Positions 16,353 through 25,917 of a stretch of 64,000 nt of DNA are shown piece after piece. How positions within the stretch are numbered: the stretch's first letter is position 1; the number at the start of each line of letters is the position of its first letter. The notes under the pieces were generated by a model. That model ran no database searches. It saw nothing but the letters and a program-made list of their open reading frames with translations, and was not told the origin of the DNA. Origin of the DNA: a virus. Taxonomy: Duplodnaviria; Caudoviricetes. Position numbers and translations under genes: made by a program. The stretch covers positions 38,320 to 102,319 of IMG/VR virus record IMGVR_UViG_2595698333_000001, one strand, 5' to 3'.

Positions 16353-17895
16353 CGCTCCACCGTCCCGGGTTACCTTCGACGACTCGCACGTCGCCGTCCA
16401 GCACTTCTTCGAGCATCGGGTCCTTGCCTTCCTCTTCGAGGTCGCGGATTTCCTCGCAGACCTGCTCGTGCTTGTCGAACGTGGGGTACCGCAGACCCGT
16501 GTAACTGTACTTCGACAGCCCGTTCTTCTGAAGTTGACCGACGGGTTCGCCGTCAGGACCTTCGACGAACCGCAGGACCTGGTCGACCTTGTAGGCGTTG
16601 TCTCGCTCGCCCACAGGTTTCTTCGGGTTCCCTTCGTCACCCTCCATGATGGCCTCGTAGTCGTCCGTCTGCATGGCCGTCCAGTAGAAGTGGAACGGGG
16701 TGTCAATCATTACCTCACGGAACCTCTTGTTGTGGTACCGCTTGATGACTTTCCAGTCGCTCTCACCCGAGCGTCCCATGTTGGACGACAGGTTGACTTC
16801 GTCGAGCGTCTTCCCCTGGTACGCCTTGCTGACGTACTTCTGCTTCGACCACTCCCACATCTCGCTCATCGAGTCGACTACGATGGTGCCGCGGTGGCCT
16901 TCCTCGAGGTAGCGGTGAAGCACGGAGATGGCCTCGTTGAGCGCCTCTCGCGCCTCGTCGTAGTCGTCGGGTTGCCAGATGTACGTGACCTTATCCTCGA
17001 ACTTCGAGGCGAGGTTGTGCGCCTTGCCCTCCGTGTCTATGATACAGACAGGTTGGGGCATGGTGAACCCGAAGTGGGTCTTGCCCTTGCCGGGTTCTGC
17101 CCACCCGAGGATACGCCAGAGGTACGGTTGCTCTGCTGCCTCGTCGGTGTCCATGGCGTTCGGAGCAACGTCTCCGATGTCCACGGCCCCGATGCTGCTC
17201 ACGTCGTCGTCTACCGAAGCAGTTTGCGTCGTCTCGGGTTCGTCGTCCTGCTCGGTCGTGTCGGACGTGTCCTCGTCGGCGAGGTTGTCTACCCCAATCT
17301 CGTCGAGTTCATCGGGGTCGACTTCATCGACCGCGTCGTCCACCTCATCCTGAGTCGCTCCGTCGTCCTCGTCGTCCATGCCCCACCCGCCGCTGTCGTC
17401 GGTCGACTCGTCGTCGGATGTCTCGTCCTGCGTCTCGTCGTCCTGCGTAGTAGAGGTAGACGTCTCGTCGTCCTCGTTCTGCGAGGTGGCGTCGGAGTCG
17501 TTTCCCGCGTCCTCATCAGCATCGTCCTCGACCTGATTCAGACGACGCTCGTACACTTCCTGTGCGGACGAGCGCGTGTCCTGCTCCATCGCTTCGCGCA
17601 GAACGTCGGCGTCGTCGAGCTCCTTGTACTTGTCCTCGATGGTGGACACAGTGATGCTCTCGACGTTCTCCGCGTCAACGACCGACGCGAACTGCTGCGC
17701 GAACCCGAGTTCTTCCTCGGTTTCGTCGTCGCGGTCATCACCGTCAGCGAGGTCCTGCACGTCAGAACCCCATCCTCCAGCGTCGTCAGACGTGTCCTCG
17801 GTGGTGTCCCCCTCCACCTCGGTCGTTTCCTCGTCGGCATCGTCTGCCTCGAGGTCCTCTGCCTCCAGTTCGTCGTCGTCCATTCCCCAGCTCAT
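16345..17895 (-). CDS. AAA_24/Sak4-like P-loop ATPase with long acidic N-terminus
   Basis: AEPGKGKT, IIDTE, IVVDSMS. Confidence 0.75.
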   Translation of the reverse strand: MSWGMDDDELEAEDLEADDADEETTEVEGDTTEDTSDDAGGWGSDVQDLADGDDRDDETEEELGFAQQFASVVDAENVESITVSTIEDKYKELDDADVLREAMEQDTRSSAQEVYERRLNQVEDDADEDAGNDSDATSQNEDDETSTSTTQDDETQDETSDDESTDDSGGWGMDDEDDGATQDEVDDAVDEVDPDELDEIGVDNLADEDTSDTTEQDDEPETTQTASVDDDVSSIGAVDIGDVAPNAMDTDEAAEQPYLWRILGWAEPGKGKTHFGFTMPQPVCIIDTEGKAHNLASKFEDKVTYIWQPDDYDEAREALNEAISVLHRYLEEGHRGTIVVDSMSEMWEWSKQKYVSKAYQGKTLDEVNLSSNMGRSGESDWKVIKRYHNKRFREVMIDTPFHFYWTAMQTDDYEAIMEGDEGNPKKPVGERDNAYKVDQVLRFVEGPDGEPVGQLQKNGLSKYSYTGLRYPTFDKHEQVCEEIRDLEEEGKDPMLEEVLDGDVRVVEGNPGRWSDD

Positions 17896-18935
17896 AGGCT
17901 TTGCGTCTCCGTTCCGTGGTCATCGTCGTCGTTACCGCCGTTGTTGCCGTAGTTGTCGTCTATCGGCATCGAGATGTACGGGACGATTCCGACCACGTTC
18001 ATCTGAATCTGCCCCTTGTTGTCTCCACTGTCCTCGCGCGTGATTGTTCCGTAGAAGTCACACTGCGAGTCGTTTCCGTACTCCATCAGGTCCGGTTGCG
18101 TCCAGCACGTCAGACCTGCGTTCCGGTCGTCGCCACCGGTAATCTCCTCGCGGAGGTCGTTCGGGTCTACCACCGTGTCGTCGAGAATGTTGTAGATACC
18201 GAACGGGTTGCCGTTCTTCGACTCACCCTGATAGTGGTCGACCACGTACCCGCTGATACGCTTGAGGTCTCCCTCGTGCGAGAAGTCATCGCTGTCCCCG
18301 ACGGACAGGTGGTCACCGAGGTCCGCGAGCGTCGCCGCGTCCTCGATTTGGTTGTTGATGACTTTCCGCTTGCCCTCCTTGCTGCTCGGCAGGTCGTCGA
18401 AGTCGCCTTCTTCTGCCTTCGTCTTGTCCGACGACCAGCAGACGTAGATGGGCGTGGGTTCGGGGTCGCCCGTCGCCTTCACGTCACCCTCCTCGATGGA
18501 CGTCCAGACCTTCAGTTCGTTGAGCGGGCGGAACTTCGCCTTCATGTCGCCCAGGTCAACGCCATCCGTCTCGTCGAAGATGAACACCCCGATACCTACC
18601 GGGGAGTCGTGCGGGTTGACGATACCGTAGGCGAACAGAACGTCTCGCTCCTCGGTGTTCGGGTTGTTACGTCCCCAACGTCGCACGCCGCCGTGACCGA
18701 GTGCGAGCGTCGGAACCTCCTCGACCTCGCCTTGGAACGACGACGTGCGGTCCTGACGCATGATTTCCGAGCGCACCATGCGCACCGCGAAGGACTTGAT
18801 GGCGTCCTCGTTCAGGTCGTCTTCCGCGTTCTCCTTCGCGTCCTGAAGTTTGTTTTGGTATCGCTCCTTCAGGTCCGACACGTCCTTCCCGGTGTCGTCT
18901 GCGATTTTCTGGAGTTCCTGTGCCACGTCCGTCAT
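17892..18935 (-). CDS. putative OB-fold ssDNA-binding protein
   Basis: Beta-rich with acidic tail, next to the Sak4-like ATPase; inferred from context. Confidence 0.5.
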   Translation of the reverse strand: MTDVAQELQKIADDTGKDVSDLKERYQNKLQDAKENAEDDLNEDAIKSFAVRMVRSEIMRQDRTSSFQGEVEEVPTLALGHGGVRRWGRNNPNTEERDVLFAYGIVNPHDSPVGIGVFIFDETDGVDLGDMKAKFRPLNELKVWTSIEEGDVKATGDPEPTPIYVCWSSDKTKAEEGDFDDLPSSKEGKRKVINNQIEDAATLADLGDHLSVGDSDDFSHEGDLKRISGYVVDHYQGESKNGNPFGIYNILDDTVVDPNDLREEITGGDDRNAGLTCWTQPDLMEYGNDSQCDFYGTITREDSGDNKGQIQMNVVGIVPYISMPIDDNYGNNGGNDDDDHGTETQSL

Positions 18936-19169
18936 AGCGTATCTCCTCGCTTCATCTGCGTCTTTTCGTTTACCGTACCCCTCCGTAAAGGTGCGGTTCT
19001 AAGTCCGCCCGCAAGAATAGGTCCAGCATCAACCCGTGTCTGGACACTAAGCGTTAATACCCACTCCGCGTTACTTATCTTTGAACATGGCTGTAGTAGG
19101 GAAGAGGGAGTTAAGGGCTGACCCTATTTTACAGCAGTAGACGGTTGCTACGACGGAGACATACTACCC

Positions 19170-20081
19170 ATGGAAGTAACTGACCTTACAGGAGTCGGAC
19201 AGGTAACGTACAACGACAAGCTGAAGCCAGCCGGATTTGACAGCATAGACAAGATAGCGAAGGCTACGGTGGATGAGCTGGTCGATGAAGCAGGACTGAC
19301 TGAAGGAAAGGCTGAGAAGATACACCAACGAGCGAACAGGGAAGCGGTGATACTTCAGTCAGGTACGGACGTGCAGGACGAGTACGACAACAAGAGCTAC
19401 GTGACGACGGGGATGGAGAAGCTCGATGAGATGCTGGGTGGGGGATGGGAGGAAGGATTCCTGATTACCCTGTCGGGCGAAGCAGGTTCGGGGAAGACAC
19501 AGGTCGCGTTCAACTCGATGGTTCACGCTGTGGAGCAGGAGAACGCACCCGCCGTCTACATCGAGACGGAGCCTAACCGTTATCGCCCAGAACGTCTCCG
19601 TTCGCTGGCGAACGACGAGGACACTCAGCAGAACATATACCGTATAAAGGCATACGACCTCGAAAAGCAGAAGCTCGCCTACGAGAAGGTCAAGGAGGCC
19701 TTTGATGAGGTGTCTCTCGTTGTGGTCGACTCGTTCACCGCGCGTTTCCGCCTCGCTGAGCAATTCGACGGACGAGGTTCACTCAGTCAACGGTCGGAGG
19801 AGATGGGTGCTCATCTACGTCGTCTCGAACGTCTCTGCGAAGACCTCGGCGCACCCGTCCTCCTCACCGCACAGGTGTACGGTAATCCCAGCGGGTTCGG
19901 CGCAGGAGACGCTGTCTACGGGGGTTCGCTCATGCAGCACACCGTCTCGTGTTTCGTCAACATGAAGTCGTCGAGCGGGAACCTGAAGGAGGCACAACTG
20001 CGCGGTCATCCTGGGCAGGCTGATGAGGAGGTCTACGTCAATATCGGCGAGAATCAGCTCGAAGCGATGAATAACGTCTAG
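19170..20081 (+). CDS. radA: RadA recombinase
   Basis: N-terminal HhH, TTG...LDEMLGGG, GEAGSGKTQ, LVVVDS, AQV, GG..MQH. Confidence 0.93.
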   Translation: MEVTDLTGVGQVTYNDKLKPAGFDSIDKIAKATVDELVDEAGLTEGKAEKIHQRANREAVILQSGTDVQDEYDNKSYVTTGMEKLDEMLGGGWEEGFLITLSGEAGSGKTQVAFNSMVHAVEQENAPAVYIETEPNRYRPERLRSLANDEDTQQNIYRIKAYDLEKQKLAYEKVKEAFDEVSLVVVDSFTARFRLAEQFDGRGSLSQRSEEMGAHLRRLERLCEDLGAPVLLTAQVYGNPSGFGAGDAVYGGSLMQHTVSCFVNMKSSSGNLKEAQLRGHPGQADEEVYVNIGENQLEAMNNV

Positions 20082-20230
20082 TAGCGACCGTAACCCGTCC
20101 GTCTCCGACTTTTCCTCTCGAAGTGTCGAAGTGCGACGTACACGAGCATCGTTAGCCACAGGCCTCCTAAGAAGATGACTAACGACAGCATGACCATCAT
20201 CTGGACCTCGGCGAGCGCTGACTCGAACAT
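20078..20230 (-). CDS. small single-TM membrane protein (50 aa)
   Basis: Own translation: MFESALAEVQMMVMLSLVIFLGGLWLTMLVYVALRHFERKSRRRTGYGRY. Confidence 0.55.
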   Translation of the reverse strand: MFESALAEVQMMVMLSLVIFLGGLWLTMLVYVALRHFERKSRRRTGYGRY

Positions 20231-20232
20231 GG

Positions 20233-20346
20233 TCAGAACGGGACGCCGAGACCGCCCGCGACGCTCGCGGTGATGGCGATGCCGAACAGCAGGAGCATCA
20301 CCAACGCCCAGACGAGCGCGCCGACGCGGACGAGAGTGTGGTTCAT
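20233..20346 (-). CDS. small hydrophobic protein (37 aa)
   Basis: Own translation: MNHTLVRVGALVWALVMLLLFGIAITASVAGGLGVPF; GAGGTG SD and TATTTAT box upstream. Confidence 0.6.
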   Translation of the reverse strand: MNHTLVRVGALVWALVMLLLFGIAITASVAGGLGVPF

Positions 20347-20683
20347 CTCTAGGTCACCTCACACATGGTAGTACACAGGTCGCGCATAAATACTTGGCGG
20401 AGAAAATACCGTACTAAAACAGAGTGCGGGTAGTAGCAAAACACGAACCGCCTTTAGAAGCGCCTATGCAACCGAGAACCGAGAGTACGGGGTTATGCAG
20501 TAAGCGACAGGTTGACAGAGTATCCGTACCGTACTACTGAAACCCCCGAGAACAGGTCTACCGCCCGTCAACCGTCTTTAGAGGCATTATACTGAGTGCC
20601 GGTATTCGTGCTATCTCGGTCGGTCAAATTCTCTGCGGGATGTTGAAGGTCGCGTGACGGGAAGTCGATAACGAGAGAACCTC

Positions 20684-21346
20684 ATGCCAGGTGGTAAACC
20701 CAAGTTCCGTAAGAAGGAAACCCGCGTAGAAGTTGCCCTCGCCAAGTACTACGGGCTCGGCGACGAAGAACCGTGGGACCTCGACAGAATAGCGGAGTAC
20801 CTCAACGTATCCCGCTCGACCATCGAGGACTACGTGTATAACTCGGAGATGGCGGAGGAAGTGGAGCGTGCGGCTGCTGAGGCGCAGGCACGCACGCGCA
20901 TGGAAATCGTCGTCAAACTGAAGAACGAGCTACAGAAGCTCGAAGAAATCGAGGAGGAGCTCCTTCAGGCGAAAGACACCGTCATCTCGTCGTACACACC
21001 GAAGCACGTCGAGGTCAAGGTCAACTCCCCGGAAGGGGTCCACTTCGACGACGACGCCGATTCTCCGACCGTCTCCACGCAGATACCCGTACCTCACGAC
21101 TACAAGGAGGTCCCGGACACGTCGAAGCTGAAGAACGTCTGGATTCAAAAGCGCAAAATCATCCAAGACATCGAGGACCTCATGGGACTCGAGGCACCCG
21201 ACAAGGTGGAGCAGGAGAGCAAATCCGTCCACCTGGAGAAGAAGGTGTACGAGGTGCGAGACCAGGGTAACTTCCCGGAAGCGGACGTCTCGCACGTCAA
21301 CGAGGACCCAGCAGAAATCGAGGTTGAGCCCACAGACGACGCATGA
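20684..21346 (+). CDS. terminase small subunit (probable)
   Basis: N-terminal HTH (IAEYLNVSRSTI) plus coiled coil, upstream of TerL. Confidence 0.65.
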   Translation: MPGGKPKFRKKETRVEVALAKYYGLGDEEPWDLDRIAEYLNVSRSTIEDYVYNSEMAEEVERAAAEAQARTRMEIVVKLKNELQKLEEIEEELLQAKDTVISSYTPKHVEVKVNSPEGVHFDDDADSPTVSTQIPVPHDYKEVPDTSKLKNVWIQKRKIIQDIEDLMGLEAPDKVEQESKSVHLEKKVYEVRDQGNFPEADVSHVNEDPAEIEVEPTDDA

Positions 21347-21987
21347 GTGAGACGTGTCCTACGTGTGGTGACGGGTTCGAGAGTGAGGTGGGTATGAAAA
21401 GTCATCACACTCAGGAACACGGAGAATCGCTTGTTCGGAGGGAGAGTGGGTGTAAGCACTGTGGCGACACGTTCGAGTGGTATCCTCGTGAGGCGGCGAA
21501 GGACGAGGAACGGCGGACGTGTCCTGAGTGCTACCAAAAAGGACGGCGTGACGACGGTGATGACCACCCTCTTCGGAAACGTGTTACTGTGAAGTGCGCG
21601 TGGTGTGGTGAGAGCCTCGACCTGCCACCGAACCGTGTTGAGAAATACAACTTCCACTTCTGCGACGAGAACGGGTGTCTGGCTGCTTGGCGTCGTGAGA
21701 ATTGGACAGGTGAAGACGCTCCTGCTTGGAAAGGAGGATGGCGTGAGTATTACGGTTCGGACTGGGTTCAAAAGCGTAGTGAGATACGTGAGCGTGATGG
21801 TCACGAGTGTCGGGTGTGCGGTGTTACGAAGGAAGAACACGGACGCCATCTGGACGTTCACCACATCCGTTCTGTCCGTACCTTCGACGACCCGAACGAA
21901 GCTCACTCACACGACAACATGATTCTCCTCTGTCCTGGATGTCACAAGAAAGCAGAATTCGGGAAAATCGAGGTGCCTGAGCCATGA
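21343..21987 (+). CDS. C2H2/zinc-ribbon HNH endonuclease
   Basis: CPTC..H...H; RDGHECRVCG..LDVHH..NMILLCPGCH. Confidence 0.85.
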   Translation: MSETCPTCGDGFESEVGMKSHHTQEHGESLVRRESGCKHCGDTFEWYPREAAKDEERRTCPECYQKGRRDDGDDHPLRKRVTVKCAWCGESLDLPPNRVEKYNFHFCDENGCLAAWRRENWTGEDAPAWKGGWREYYGSDWVQKRSEIRERDGHECRVCGVTKEEHGRHLDVHHIRSVRTFDDPNEAHSHDNMILLCPGCHKKAEFGKIEVPEP

Positions 21988-23429
21988 GCTCGAGTGAACC
22001 TGCTGCTTGGAGCTTCGACCCTTTTGGTAAGCAAGAAGAGTTCTTGAATTGTGACGACAGACAAGTTCTCTTGTCGGGTGCTTTCGGAACTGGTAAAACT
22101 TTAGCTGGCTGTGAGAAGGGGTACAGGTTCAATCAGATGTATCCCGGCAACCGCGGGCTCATCGTTCGTAAGACGTTCACTGACGTGAAGTCAACGACGG
22201 TCAATCAGACGCTCCTGGAGGACGTTATCCCGCCGTCGCATATCGTCGAGCACAACCGCTCGGAGCACGTCATAGAACACTACACGGGCGAGAAGACGCC
22301 CGACGGTGAACCCGTCACGTCGGAGATATACTACCACGGGCTCGACTCGGGTCGTCAGACGGGTGACGACGACCTCCCGCGCAAGATTGGTGGGATGGAG
22401 TTCGGGTGGATATTTGTTGACGAGGCGTCCGAGCTGTCGAAAGGTGAGTGGACCCAGCTCATGGGTCGTCTTCGTTTCGACGGACGGCGCGTCGGCAACT
22501 ACAATTACCGCGTCCCGTTCCGCCAAATCTTCGCGGCGACCAACCCAGAACACCCGGGACACTGGATGTATAAGTGGTTCTTCGAGGACAACCGGGGCAA
22601 GCACTTCACGCTCCGGATGGACGATAATCCCCACCTGGCTGAGGACTACGTCCAGGACAACAAGGAGAACTACTCGGGCGTGTACTACGACCGTTACATC
22701 CTCGGGAAGTGGGTTGGTGCAGAGGGTCTCATCTACGACGAGTGGGATAGCGAGGTTCACAACCCGCGACCGCGTGACCTCCCCGGTGACTGGACGGTTC
22801 ACCGCACCGAGGAGTACGAGGACGGCGAGGCGTACTTCGCCTCACCGCCTGACGATTGGCGCGTGTACCGAGCAATCGACTTCGGGTATCGTAACCCGTT
22901 CGTCTGTCAGTGGTGGGCGCGGGGGCCGGACGACCAGTTCGTCCTGTTCCGCGAACTCTACAAGACGGAGCATCTCGTCGAGGACCTGGCGAAAGAAATC
23001 AAAAAGCTCGACCCGCAGGGACACGTCATAGACCAGTCGTTCGCTGACTGGAACGCCGAGGACCGAGCGACGCTCCAACGTCACGGAGTGGACGTGGCTC
23101 GTGCGAATAAGGACGTGTCGCCTGGTATTCAAAGTGTGAAGTCGCGCCTCGTCAAGGACGAACGTGGGAAGCCAGGTCTCTACATCATGCAGGGGGCTCG
23201 CGTACACGAGCCTGACGATAACCTGAGCGAGGACAACGACCCGGTTAAGACGGTGGGGGAAATAACTGGGTACAAGTGGAGCGACTCCGACAACGAGGAC
23301 CGCCCGAAAAAGGAAGCTGACCACGGGATGGACGCACTCCGATATTTCGTCCATACGTTGGAGGCAAGGGGTCAAATGTCACGCGAGGAGATGCAGGAGT
23401 GGTCCACGGTGGTGAACGACGCATGGTAG
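21984..23429 (+). CDS. terL: terminase large subunit
   Basis: GAFGTGKT, IFVDEA, ATNP, AIDFG, DHGMDALRY. Confidence 0.95.
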   Translation: MSSSEPAAWSFDPFGKQEEFLNCDDRQVLLSGAFGTGKTLAGCEKGYRFNQMYPGNRGLIVRKTFTDVKSTTVNQTLLEDVIPPSHIVEHNRSEHVIEHYTGEKTPDGEPVTSEIYYHGLDSGRQTGDDDLPRKIGGMEFGWIFVDEASELSKGEWTQLMGRLRFDGRRVGNYNYRVPFRQIFAATNPEHPGHWMYKWFFEDNRGKHFTLRMDDNPHLAEDYVQDNKENYSGVYYDRYILGKWVGAEGLIYDEWDSEVHNPRPRDLPGDWTVHRTEEYEDGEAYFASPPDDWRVYRAIDFGYRNPFVCQWWARGPDDQFVLFRELYKTEHLVEDLAKEIKKLDPQGHVIDQSFADWNAEDRATLQRHGVDVARANKDVSPGIQSVKSRLVKDERGKPGLYIMQGARVHEPDDNLSEDNDPVKTVGEITGYKWSDSDNEDRPKKEADHGMDALRYFVHTLEARGQMSREEMQEWSTVVNDAW

Positions 23430-24049
23430 AATGTCCGACTTGCAGTAAAGAACTCCGTACCGAGCACGGTTTGAAACAGCATCATGCAAAAGTACATGGT
23501 GAGTCGCTTGCTTACAAGCAGTGTGAGCAGTGCGGTGATGAGTTCAAACCTACCTGGAACTCTGAGAAACAGCGTTTCTGCTCACAAGAGTGTTCATCGG
23601 AGCATCTTTCCAACGTGCGTTCCAAGGAGTGGCAAGGTGAAGGTCATCCGCAGTGGCAGGAACGTGACGACTGTGGGTGGTGTGGCGATGAACTACATCG
23701 CTCTGATATTCGTTTCTGTTCGCAGGACTGCGCAAACTCATGGCAATCGAGCGAGTGGGACGCACCGCGTGGCCCTGACCACTGGAATTGGGAAGGAGGT
23801 CCCGTTGAGTACGGTTCTGATTGGAATGAAGTGAGAGAAGAAATCGTTGAACGAGACACAAGGTGTCAGAAGTGCGGGTGCGAAGATGGACTACTCGACG
23901 TTCATCATATCACCCCGCTTCGAGCGTTCGACGACGTGACTGAGGCGAACAGGCAAGACAATTTAATCCTTCTATGCCGTTCGTGTCACATGAAGGTTGA
24001 GAAAGGTGATGAACCATGTCCAACCCCAGACAAGAAGGTGATTAGCTAA
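23423..24049 (+). CDS. C2H2/zinc-ribbon HNH endonuclease
   Basis: Paralog of 21343; LDVHHI...NLILLCRSCH. Confidence 0.85.
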   Translation: MVECPTCSKELRTEHGLKQHHAKVHGESLAYKQCEQCGDEFKPTWNSEKQRFCSQECSSEHLSNVRSKEWQGEGHPQWQERDDCGWCGDELHRSDIRFCSQDCANSWQSSEWDAPRGPDHWNWEGGPVEYGSDWNEVREEIVERDTRCQKCGCEDGLLDVHHITPLRAFDDVTEANRQDNLILLCRSCHMKVEKGDEPCPTPDKKVIS

Positions 24050-25917
24050 TGGCAACGAGAATCGGTAAGGCAGTTCGGGGCGCGGTCACTCAAACCCTGG
24101 ACAAACGTATCGCCGGCATGCTGTCGAAGTACGGAGTCGGTTATCCGTCCTTCTCTCGCGCGGAGCAACCGCGCGGACGTGAGCCGCAACCACCCTATCA
24201 GCGTCGCGTCAGCCCATCGTTCATCTACCGCCTTCGTCAGAACTCGACCCTGGTCAACAACGCCATCGAGGAGAAGGTATCGCAGACGTTTCGACGCGGG
24301 TTCACAGACATCGAGAAGAAGTGGGAGGCGAAGTGCCCGTCCTGCAAGGAAACCTACGAGACACTACAACCGTTCTACGACGAACACTCGTGGCTCGAGG
24401 AAGGCGACGACGTTGACTTTAGCAAGGAACGTCGGTGTCCTGAGTGCGACGACCGCGTAGAGTTCAAGACGCCGTCGCGTGAGGACCGTTACCTTCTCGA
24501 GTCGTTCCTCGGGCAGGCGAACCTTCGCGCTCAGGTCAACAGCGACCTCGAACCGTCCGAGCAGAACTCGGTCGGACAGACGCTCCTGGAAATCTTCAAG
24601 GAGGTCGGGTGGGACATCCAGTCGTTCGACGACGGGTGGCTCATCTTCGAGCGCGCATACACGACCGACGAGGACGGCAAAATCCTCGACTACGACCTGA
24701 AAGGCGTCCACCGCGCACCGCCTGAGCTCATGCGTTACTCGGTGGACGAGAACGGCAACTTCGGGCAGGAATTCTACGTCTGCGTTGAGTGTCGTGCGAC
24801 GAAGGGCGAGGCGTACACTCCGCAGCAGCACGGGGAGCACTGTGAGAACTGCGGGAATCACACCTATCCCGTGTACGCTGTTGGGCTCGAAGGCATGGGC
24901 CGTCAGAACAACGACAACCCAGAGAACTACTTCATCCGCGGAGAGTTCGTACACGCGAGCGAGTACGAGCCGTCGAAGTTCTACGGGTACTCGCCTATCC
25001 TCACGCTGTGGGACGAGGCGTCTACCCTGGAGAAAATGGACAACTGGTATCGGGAGGCGTACAAGGAGCGTCGCGCACCGCGTGGCGCCATGATTATCTC
25101 GTCCTCGAACAGCGAATCCACCCGCGCGTTCAACAAGGGCGAGATGGAGAAGCTTCGGAACGACCCGAACTACATCCCGACGTTCATAGACGACTCTCAA
25201 TCGGGCGAAGGCGGCAAGCCGATAGAGTTCATCAACCTGCTCGAAACGCCCGCCGCCATGCAGCACATGGAGATGCGTGAGTGGTTCCTCGACCGTATCT
25301 CCGCGAAGTACGGCGTCACCGCTGTGTTCCAGAGCGGGTCGCCTGAGAACGCGGGCCTGTCGCAGTCGATGGAGATTCAGGTCAGCAACCGTAGCGCTGA
25401 CCGACTGCGCACCATCTTCAACAATACGTTCTTCCCGGCAATCCTCGGGCAGCTCGACGTTGAAGGTTGGGAGGTCAAAGTCGATACGGTCGAAGAGGAG
25501 GACGAGCAGGAAGAGGCGCAGCTCGTTCAGACGCAACTCAAGATGGCGAAACTCGCCCTGGAAATCGGCGCGGAGGTTGAGTGGACAGCGAACGACCGCG
25601 CAGACATCAAGGCGGGCAAGCTCGAGTCGCCGCAGGAGGAAGCGCAGCAAGGCATGGGCGGCGGCATGGGAGGTCTCGCTGATATGATGGGCGAGGACGG
25701 CGACCCCGAGGCAGGGTCGATTCCCGCGCAGGACGAGGAACAGGACCCAGGTCCGCAGGGAGGCGCAGAAGGCGGGATGGCGCCGAAACCCGAAGAAGGT
25801 GAAGGTGACCCGAGGTTCCAATCGCCTGGGAAAATGGACAAGAGCGACGCGCAGGACCTCAAGATGACGCGCGAGGGTGACACGTTCAAACTCGTTCCGG
25901 AGGAGGAAGATGAGTGA
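24049..25917 (+). CDS. portal protein with zinc-ribbon insertions
   Basis: Follows TerL; YGYSPI, ISAKYGV portal motifs; four CxxC pairs. Confidence 0.85.
   Translation: MATRIGKAVRGAVTQTLDKRIAGMLSKYGVGYPSFSRAEQPRGREPQPPYQRRVSPSFIYRLRQNSTLVNNAIEEKVSQTFRRGFTDIEKKWEAKCPSCKETYETLQPFYDEHSWLEEGDDVDFSKERRCPECDDRVEFKTPSREDRYLLESFLGQANLRAQVNSDLEPSEQNSVGQTLLEIFKEVGWDIQSFDDGWLIFERAYTTDEDGKILDYDLKGVHRAPPELMRYSVDENGNFGQEFYVCVECRATKGEAYTPQQHGEHCENCGNHTYPVYAVGLEGMGRQNNDNPENYFIRGEFVHASEYEPSKFYGYSPILTLWDEASTLEKMDNWYREAYKERRAPRGAMIISSSNSESTRAFNKGEMEKLRNDPNYIPTFIDDSQSGEGGKPIEFINLLETPAAMQHMEMREWFLDRISAKYGVTAVFQSGSPENAGLSQSMEIQVSNRSADRLRTIFNNTFFPAILGQLDVEGWEVKVDTVEEEDEQEEAQLVQTQLKMAKLALEIGAEVEWTANDRADIKAGKLESPQEEAQQGMGGGMGGLADMMGEDGDPEAGSIPAQDEEQDPGPQGGAEGGMAPKPEEGEGDPRFQSPGKMDKSDAQDLKMTREGDTFKLVPEEEDE

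Noticed and set aside
20350-20683. tRNA genes in intergenic gaps (also 3000-3160, 35200-35420, 54940-55080)
   Set aside because: No cloverleaf or T-loop GTTCRA context recognised.
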